Of a stretch of 64,000 nt of DNA, positions 12,727-21,306 are shown one piece after another. The notes beneath the pieces were generated by a model that saw only the letters and a list, made by a program, of their open reading frames with translations, made no database searches and was not told where the DNA came from. The position numbers were made by a program, and so were the translations under genes. Position 1 is the stretch's first letter; each line of letters opens with the position of its first letter. Origin of the DNA: Penicillus capitatus (Eukaryota > Plantae > Chlorophyta); NCBI GenBank assembly GCA_965649825.1, contig OZ287705.1, positions 248,001-312,000 of the forward strand, written 5' to 3'.

Positions 12727-13137
12727 ATGGCAAATGACGACTTGACGAAGAGTGCTTCGTCAGAGAAGAGACGAAAAGAACCTCGAGGCACTCGTCAGCG
12801 AGCGCCTCTCGCCACCCAGGCGCTCGATGAAAAGGACGAAGCCTGCCAAAATGATAAAGGCAGTCGTGAAGAACAAAGGGCTGCTATGGTGTCAGAGCCT
12901 GACAGTAGCCGGGTCAGAATTCAAGACATGAGACGTTCTGGCCATCATGCGATCGAACCTGGATCTCCAGGAATCAGAAGGGGGCGACCGAGAGCCGGCT
13001 CGCGGATGGCATCTTTGTGGCAGTTTCTCCCACAGTCCACAAGGACTGCGGTACGCCAGGTGGCTGGCCTTCCTTCAAGGGCGTTCGTGGCTCTCCGCAA
13101 CGGCGTCCAGAAGATCCGCCGCAGGCGGACACCATGA
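12727..13137 (+). CDS. Hypothetical charged/disordered protein with basic amphipathic C-terminal tail
   Basis: Open frame from ATG 12727 (MANDDLTKS...) ending ASLWQFLPQSTRTAVRQVAGLPSRAFVALRNGVQKIRRRRTP. The tail resembles the C-terminal tails of the A and E families. Confidence 0.45.
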   Translation: MANDDLTKSASSEKRRKEPRGTRQRAPLATQALDEKDEACQNDKGSREEQRAAMVSEPDSSRVRIQDMRRSGHHAIEPGSPGIRRGRPRAGSRMASLWQFLPQSTRTAVRQVAGLPSRAFVALRNGVQKIRRRRTP

Positions 13138-14163
13138 TGCCCAGAAAGCGCGCTCGTCCTGCAAATAAGTTGGCGCATGAGACTATAAGGACGGCATCCG
13201 AATAAGTCGAGAGCACAGGCAATAAGGCGCTCAAACGACAGCCAATATCTCCCTGATGTGCCCGTTATTCCCGAAGAATCTGAGCGAGTATGGAAAAGGT
13301 TTATGCATGCGGAAGGGAAAAGCGTGAAACTGAGAGATCCGGGCGCCGCTGCCTGCCCTGTTTGAGCAGCTAGTCCTTAGGCCTCCCGCACGCATTCAAT
13401 GTTACGGTCCCGGTTGGTGCTTAAAAAACAAACATGAGAAACGATCTCGACAATGAGAATACTGCTGCTGTGTTTCATAAGGCAGTCAGCACTTAGTCGC
13501 CGTTCAACAGGATCTTATAAAGGCCCAATCAGCTTATGAAAAAGGCGAAACGCCTGCGATGCCGACGAAGCGCTCTCGGGGTCGATGGACTGACAGGTCC
13601 TTCGTTGCTGACCCTCACTCTTCGTAGAAGTCGTCGAGAAAACGATTCCACTCCCAGACGACGTGTCATTCCCATTCCGCTAAGTACACGAATCCTGAGA
13701 TAAGGTAGGATTGAGGTTGGATTGCCAGATTCTGTGAATGCTGTGTGACTGTCCATCAGCTTCACCGCTTGATGTGACGCTCCATCGCAGCTCAAGTACA
13801 GGAAGCGTGAAGGAATGGGCCGGCACAGCACTCTTGTGGGTGACGTCGATCGATAGATCGAATCAAAGGACTCGCCGTTGTTCGCCACTGCCTCGAGATC
13901 CGTCTTGCGATGCGAAACGCACTCGGGCGATAAAAGGAGAAAGGGCTGAGCGAATGCTCACACGGGTCGTCTATGCGATCGGCGATCAGCACGTGTGCAG
14001 ATCTGGTATCCCGTCGCCCGTGGTTGGCTTCTCCAACGCTACTGCTGCCATCGTCAGTGTCATAGATGTCCTTCATGTTGACGCCGGTGCCCGCGCCGAT
14101 ACGCGACGAAGACAAATGACAGGACGCTCCGTCAATGGTCCGTCGTTTACAACATCTGGAGGC

Positions 14164-15534
14164 ATGGCGCCTGGACTGCAGCATGACGACGTCAACGACA
14201 CGGACGCTGCTGAAGAACAGAGCGAGGCATGCGAGAAAGTGCGACTCGTAGAAGAAGGACAGACAGAGAACGCGGCGCCGACAAGTGCGAATGTCCGCCA
14301 TCTGTAACGCGTCTGACCGTTGCGTCCACGGGCAGAAGACAACGACGTTGCCCCCGCAAAGACCATGACAGTAAGCGGAAAAGTGCAGGACTGGGCCAAG
14401 CAGTTCATCAGGCAGGCTTTCTGGTACGAGTGCTGGCGGATCAGATGGATCAGTGTTTTAGGTTCTACATCGACAACTATGTGCTGCTGGCGCTGACGGG
14501 ATCCGTGGGCATCGCGCTGAACGTTTCGAGCGTCAAGATTCTGTCAGCACAGGTGTCGGTGATGGAGGTGGCGGCGGGGAGATCTTTCATCTGCACCTTC
14601 ATTCTACTGGCCATGTGCCAATGGTCCGACACTCCGTGGAGCACCTACCGCTCCAAACTGCCGCTCATCCTTCTGAGGGGCTTTCTCGGCTCGACATCCT
14701 TCCTGTCGCAATCCCTGGCCACCTCTGTGCTCCCTCTCGGAGAATCGGCTTTCATCTTCAACAGCTACCCAGGTGCGATGCCACCTCTTCTGTCCTCTCG
14801 CCCTGAGGGTATCTGTCTCGCAGTTTTTACCGCACTGTTGTCTTCACTGTTCGGTATGGAACGCCTCAGCGTCTTTGCGTGGTGCGGAGTGATCGGCTGC
14901 CTACTGGGCAATGTGCTGCTCGCACATCCGCCTTTTCTGTTCGGCGGGCATGGGGAATGGGGAAACGAACGGATCGTCGGTATTCTGTTCGGCCTCGCCG
15001 GAACGATCCTCATCAGCTTCATGTTCATCGTCTTGAGGTCCGCCCCGTTTGCTAAGTGTGATGATGGACTGAGTGTGTTCGTGCCGTAGACATGTGGGGA
15101 AGAGTGTGAGCACTCTCGTACTGACGGTCAGCATGAATACGTTCGCGGTGCTGATCAGTGTGCCGTGCGTGGCCGCGGGCTATCCCGTGGCTGCAGGTCT
15201 GCCTGCCAGCTGGTTGTACATCTTCCCGTTCCTGATGACCGTTATCTCGGGCACCGCTGTGATGTGCGCCCTGTCACGTGCTTTCCAGATCGGCCCTCCG
15301 TCGAAAGTGACGGCCATTTGCATGACAGGCACGTTGCTGGCCGCCGCCATCGGTGTCTTCGGCCTATCCGAGAAGATGACGTGGATTTCCGTCATCGGTG
15401 CCGCGACCATAATGCTCTCCGTTCTGCTCGTCCAGACGCCAAGCTCTGCAAAGAGTGCGAAGGATCCGTACCAGGCCGTCGATACTGAAGAACCCAAAGA
15501 GACCGTAGAAATGTCCATCCAACCGAGAATTTGA
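14164..15534 (+). CDS. EamA/drug-metabolite transporter (DMT) superfamily membrane protein, SLC35G-like
   Basis: About 10 hydrophobic segments in two EamA-like halves (LILLRGFLGSTSF, LPLGESAFIFNSYP, FTALLSSLFGMERL, AHPPFLFG, RAFQIGPPSKVTAI, GLSEKMTWISVIGA). ATG 14164, intron 14285-14335, a second intron ending at 14461, and further introns near 14773-14823 and 15038-15089. Confidence 0.88.
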
Positions 15535-16412
15535 GATTCTTACGCCGCCTTCTTCGACAACGAACGAAGCCAGGCAGTGTATCATTGCAGTTTGACATGA
15601 TTTATGTTTAGCATTCTTAGCACAAGTCTCACACTTCCAGAACCGAGAGACAATCTCAACCTGATCACGGAATGGCGCGAAGGATGTCCTTCGGTATGTT
15701 CAAACAAAACTGTCTTGTAACGAAATCGATAGGTTGAGAAGGGGGACAGAAACTGTGCATGCGCGATCCGTCTCTTCTGCAAAGAGTCGAGACAGCGTGA
15801 CAGATTGACGAACCGAGTCACTGTGTGCCTTCGCCGCTTCGCGATGATCGCTCGATCAGTTTCGTGCGTATTGAAGAGCGACCTATCTCGCTGCAGAGGT
15901 CGTCGAAGCGCTTCCATTGCCCGTGATCTGTCGAATCGAACGCGCCTCTGCGCGAGTGCGTGACGAAATGGTGCGAACAAGAGTTTCTCTTACACAACTG
16001 AACGCCGACATTCGCGGCGAACTTGACAAATGTTTGTAGAGTTGGACATTGTTTGTTGGATTCGTTCCGCTCGGACAGAGCGAGAAGAGAGAAGAACGAA
16101 AGCCATTCGAGCGGCGCGACAAGCGCTGCTCGTGACAAGAATGAAAACACAGGCAATCATGCGGCAACGGTTAGTTGGCCATCGAGGACATGAAAGCCAA
16201 AAGAACGGAAGGAAATTAAAAAGACTGGATATCGAACAAGCCGGCACAACATCAGGAACGTTGACAACAGCAGCCGCCAATAATCGGAACTCGACTCGCG
16301 GTCATTCCGGGCGTCTGCTGCAGCATATGCACAATTGGATGATCCGTTAAGGACGTCGACGACGACGCATCTTAGCGGAAAACAGAAAAAAGAAACTGCG
16401 TGGTGTGGCTGG

Positions 16413-17014
16413 CTACTCAACAAAGGAAGCACTTAGATCAAAGGGAAAGGGAATCGACGGCACGATGATTCCGCCGAGTGTACGCACTCCAGTACCCACC
16501 ATGCTTGTCTGGTTGACCACGGACCAGAGGAACGAAACCATCGTGTTCGTGCTGTTGATAATGAAGGAGCCCGCGAATACACACGTCGTCTCGTTGAATT
16601 GCGCCACGACGGTGAGAGGAATCGAAACGTTACGTTGAAACGCAGTCGTAACGAAACCCGTCCCTGGGATAGAAATGTTAGCGTCAGCGAATGGTAGAGA
16701 TGCGAGTACCGTTGTACACGCCTTCCGCCACGGTAGAGATGTTGAAGTCGTAGATGAGACTGCCGACCGGATCGACGGTCGCACTCCAGTTGCCATTATT
16801 CGGAGGCTCGCACGGCGGTGCGTCGAGCTCGGCAGGAGGTGCCTTAAACCACCAGTTACTCGGCACTTCGTCAACCACGTACGCTTCTGCAGCCGTCCAC
16901 AAGGCGGCGGCCGTTACGAGGGCGACGAGGAAAACTACACAAAGAGAACGTTGCCTCGTCGGGTTCGACAGCACAGGGTGCTGCGAAGTTCGCCTCACGT
17001 TTGCAAAGAGCCAT
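16413..17014 (-). CDS. Small secreted beta-rich glycoprotein (about 165 aa precursor), family unknown
   Basis: ATG 17014 plus a 64-nt GT-AG intron (16935-16998) gives the signal peptide MALCKLFLVALVTAAALWTAAEA. A second intron after VYNG joins to ORF 16413-16874. At least six N-x-S/T sequons and alternating beta-strand patterns. Confidence 0.75.
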
Positions 17015-17146
17015 GACGGTCGTTTTCGGAAAGATGTTTCGTGCGACAGCTGTGCTGCGAAGAAAGCAGAAGTGTTCGGTCTTTGAGGCGGAGGAGAAAG
17101 ACGAACGCGCGTTTGAGGTTCAGACGTGAGGACACCTCCGTCGGCG

Positions 17147-17154
17147 CTTATATA
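17147..17154 (-). promoter_or_regulatory. TATA box (TATATAAG) for the secreted-protein gene
   Basis: The minus strand reads ggctacTATATAAGcgcc, about 135 nt upstream of ATG 17014. Confidence 0.55.
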
Positions 17155-17207
17155 GTAGCCCTTGCTATTTGTGACGTGCGCGTCATGTGGTCGGCATGCA
17201 TTGTTGG

Positions 17208-17465
17208 GCGGCGAAAGGACCACACGACCGTGCTGTCGACATCGTTACCTGGGTTGCGTGTGGTCGACAAGCACGGCTGGCTGGCGAAAGGACCACATGA
17301 CCGTGCTGTCGACGGCGTTACGTAAGTTTTATGTTATGGAAATGCACGATTGGCTGGCGAAAGGGCCACATGACCGTGCTGTCGACGGCGTTACGTGATC
17401 TGCACGTCATGGAAATGCACGATTGGCTGGCGAAAGGGCCGCCTGAGAGCGTGCTGTCGTCGACG
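17208..17465. repeat. 73-bp tandem repeat, about 3.5 copies
   Basis: The core (c/g)(t/c)GGCGAAAGG(a/g)CCACA(t/c)GACCGTGCTGTCGAC starts at 17208, 17281, 17354 and 17427, an exact 73-nt period. The last copy is degenerate. Confidence 0.92.
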
Positions 17466-19439
17466 CATGCTGTGGCTGTGAGATTCGAACTGAAGGGACA
17501 CATTTACCTACAGCAGGCGACGCAACATGTCTCCTGACGTGTGCTGACTCCCTGCTAGGACACCAGGAGCTAAACATTCTGTCTACAGGTGGTTTTCTCT
17601 TACCTGGTCCCACATGAGAAGGATAGATGCGCAGGAGTGTATCCCTGGGAGCCAAGACTGCTGCAAGATGCTTCTTAGCCCTAAAGAGTGAGACGGAGTA
17701 GACTATACAGACCACTCAGCTGAGCAGCGAGGATTCATCTGTCATGGAATGGAGGGACTGTCTTGCTGTTCAGCACAGTCAGCTTGGTTACCTGTTCCAC
17801 TGGCTTGGACATCTGTAAGCGTTCCAAGCTGTGCTGCAGCCTGTGCTGTCTGCAGGTCTGTCTTTCATCCAGTCTACAGTAATCTGCCAAAGTGACGTCG
17901 AATGGACAGGTGCTGGCATCCTCTGCTGCGTCCTCATGTAGACATGAAGGACCCGCAGAGCATCGCACTTTCGAAAACGACCCGCTGGCGCCGTTTACTC
18001 GGACAGTCAATCGTGTGGGTTCGTTTCCTGAACTACGAGAGCAGAAGAGGCTGCCAAAGGTCGTAGAGTCCATCCACAGAGCAGATGACGCTAAGGGCGG
18101 CGGCAGACCTCCATCAAGGCACGGAATGGACAGTCCTCGACATCCTTTGCCGTCGGCTCCATACCAGACCCGATGGGGCAGTCGTATCTGTCGCATGTGC
18201 ACAGCAAGAGTCGTCGGAAATGACGGTCGACGACAACTGGAATGACAAGACGCTTGCGTCGGTCCGCCGCATGGCCGGCGTTTCTTACTTCTGTCATCAC
18301 AGATCGTTTCGGCGGCTGTTGTTTCTTGTATCAAAGCGTTGTGATAGGGCACTTTCGAAGCGCGGCTGGCAAATCCAGTTCAATACCTATGGCTCTCTCT
18401 CTCTGCCGTTTGTGAGATTGACAGCGGCGTGTCGATTCTTAGGTCGTTCGACGAAGTGGAATATACATCTTTGGCGTCGAAAGCAAAAGTATGCGCTTTC
18501 TGTCGATCGTGTCTTCTCGTTTGGCGACAACAACCTAAAACTTCTGCCCTTTGCTCACAACAATCATTTGAGGAACTCGAGGACGACGAGGGATCACACA
18601 CGAACCACTTCGCATGTTGTTCGAAACAAGACCGCATCTGTTGTCTGCGACATCACCACTGCACGATATGGAATAACTCTCGACGGGCTAGACTTCAAAT
18701 GGTCAATGCGATCTAGACAGATCCATAGAAAAACTTAAAAATACATATCTTCTGCCCCACAAGATCCTAGTCCCTTTGGGTATTGTTCCTCGCCTGAAAG
18801 CGAATTGTCCGCGTGAGTTTGTGTGGGCGTATTTCTTTGGATACCGTGCAGGACGGGAGGCGCTGTTGAATTGCTAGATAGGTACATTACCTTGTTGCTT
18901 GAACGTGCCGGCGCATTCTTCCTAACACTCTTTTCCGGTTCATCGTAGCTGTTGACAATCGCGCAAAAACAGAAAACAATGGTATTGTGTTCACCGACTC
19001 ACTTTGACTCAAATCTGGATGTGGCACGACGCAATCTCGGCCAGTGGAAATGTCCTCCTTCCTCTCAGAGAGACACGAAGGGGAAGATCTGCTGACGGGA
19101 GTCTATGAATTTAAAATTGAACACACAACTCGCTTAAACTAAGAGTATTGTTCAACATAGGAGAGCAGATGAGAAGGGGATGTTGTATCGGCGAGCATGC
19201 TTGGGTGAATCTCCATTTGGAGGCTAAGAGGAAGCACGCGGTGGTCACCGCTGTCGACATCTTGGTCAGAAGCAGGCATGTGGATGGTTCATGAATGGAC
19301 AAATGTTGACATCTTTGACTTTATAAACAGATATCACGCCTTCTACTTCAGTCGGAAGCTGTGCACAACGCAAGAACTAGAGACCTGTCCGCAGCTGCAA
19401 GATGTCCGAGTGGTCTGCACAGGCTTGTCACAGCTCTTA

Positions 19440-19917
19440 AGCACTAGGAGCTTCGATAGTGCAAGACACCTCGAGAGAAAGAGACAGAGGCTGAAAGCAA
19501 CATAGATAGTGTGATGTACTCGCCCCTGGCCGCCGGCGGCCAGAGGCGCTGAGATGCTTACTCTGATTGGCAGTGATGAAGCTGTGCTGCGATTGCAATG
19601 AAAGCAATAATCATTGAGAAGACGATCTCGTTCTCGTAATACGGTCGAGGGCGTCGTATGCGTCGAAATGTATACGGCGTCCTCGGCCGTACTTGCTTTC
19701 CATGCAGGCGCGTTACACTTGTGCCTCAGCGACACGCGACTTCTCGGTTCTCGACACTCGAGCAACGGTTTAACGTACCCTCTTCGACGTCGGATAGCAG
19801 GTCTCCGAAGATGTCTTTTCGTAGTGTCTCAAGCAAGGAGCTGCCCTCCGCAGAAAGTTGCCAGTCTTGGTCGACGTCTGTCTCCGCGGTCGACTTTAGG
19901 TTATCATAGCGCCTCAC
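19440..19917 (-). other. Conserved segment C1, possibly a small intron-containing gene or remnant; reading frame ambiguous
   Basis: Homologous to 33640-34105. One frame reads KCNAPAWKASTAEDAVY...LLNDYCFHCNRSTASS, then a gtaagc...cag intron, and ends at a TAA shared by both copies. The upstream part differs from copy 2 by a 1-nt indel. Confidence 0.35.
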
Positions 19918-21306
19918 TGCACCTGTCGATTTTTAACACGATTGTAAATTTGTCTGTTCATCCAGAATGCATGAGAAACACGAGAAAAGCGGCTATACAC
20001 GTCGGCTTAAGAAACGCCGCTTGACGATTTCGTCGTCCATTACAGTGTTCGCCGACACACAAAGACCAATCATTAGATTTCACACACAACAAATACAATT
20101 CCACAGGAGCGTTAGCCCTAAATGCCTCTGGCAATGGGCTTTAAACAATCATTCACACACAGGAGCGTTGATGCTCTGCACCGTCTGCAGATAGGTTATA
20201 CATAAAGCAATTACGCCCACACATCAGGTAAGGATCACAACAATACGTCATCCGTTTGTCCACTCTGAGCATCGGGGGCGATTCTTATATTCAGCTAAGG
20301 ATGTTACGAACGTCACTCCTGAGTGATAAAGAGAGTTGCTGTCTCTGGACAGTTCACTGTAACAGAATGGTCATCGTTGCGTAGAAGTGCTCGGCCACCT
20401 TCCTGTCAGAAAACAGGTAACAAAGGCAACAACAAACTGAAACATAGTCATCTCACGATCTATTGGTCAGATGCGTCGTTCCTCAACGTATCTACCGAAT
20501 CGCGCTGCTCTCCTGTACTCGAAACAAGAGTCCTCGAATCACGCTGAGCGACGAAGTAGGCAAAACCGTCGCATAGAGGATATCATTCGTCAGCGAGGAC
20601 AATACGTCCCTCCAAAGAGCGTCTCGTAAGTGTCCTTTCAATCTACAGTATAGACGTCGTCATTGTCAGGTATGATTTCCACGAGCTGCGAGCTGCGTAG
20701 GTAGATAACAGAACCTGACGTCTACATGGAGTTTACAATGCATCTTGAAACTACAGAACAATTGGCCAGTTGATCGGAATGATCTGTCGTTTCTTTTACA
20801 GCGTTGAGATGGTTGGATGGATGACGGTGACGCTCTTGCTTCTACAACCGGACGATTGGACGATGCGTTGAACGAGGCGGAATCTTTTGCGCACAGTGAG
20901 CCAGAGAGAGGGAGATGAGATCACAGGCTCTCCTCACTCTATCACAGTATTCGATTCGCGAAAGACGCACAGTATAGAACCTCCTGATCAGATTAAACTT
21001 ATAGATCGAACAACACCATCTTCCACTTCATCCAGTTTGTCAACCAGGACAGGAAAATCGGTCATTCTTTACGCCCTGATTTAATCGGGCCTGCCACATG
21101 TGCCAAATCGTGACCAACATTCAACAGAAGCTCTAAAACTCTAAAGACAGAGAATGCCAATCTTAGTTCGCTGGCGTGCAAAATAATGAACCCTCCAATG
21201 ACGTTCCTTCTTCATATGAGACAAATTGTAAGACTTCAGCATTCCACTCTACTTATTGCAAAGTTCTGCGTGGGCGGAAACATGATGGAAAAAAGAATGC
21301 ATGTGT

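Noticed and set aside
17208-17465. CRISPR-like repeat/spacer appearance of the 73-bp array
   Set aside because: The linkers are related to each other (two share ATGGAAATGCACGATTGG), there are only 3.5 units, there are no cas genes, and the context is eukaryotic and intron-rich.
18085-18738. 217-codon plus-strand ORF at the left edge of the duplication
   Set aside because: The homologous 3' end in copy 2 (about 32935-33030) has an indel and stop in this frame, and no domain was recognised.
19572-19580. Box C motif (GTGATGA) in the hyper-conserved block, suggesting a C/D snoRNA
   Set aside because: No downstream box D (CTGA) within about 140 nt and no terminal stem seen.
19726-19728. In-frame TGA in C1 that might be selenocysteine or readthrough
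   Set aside because: The paralog has a frameshift nearby and no Cys at this position, another frame is open in both copies, and no SECIS element is evident.
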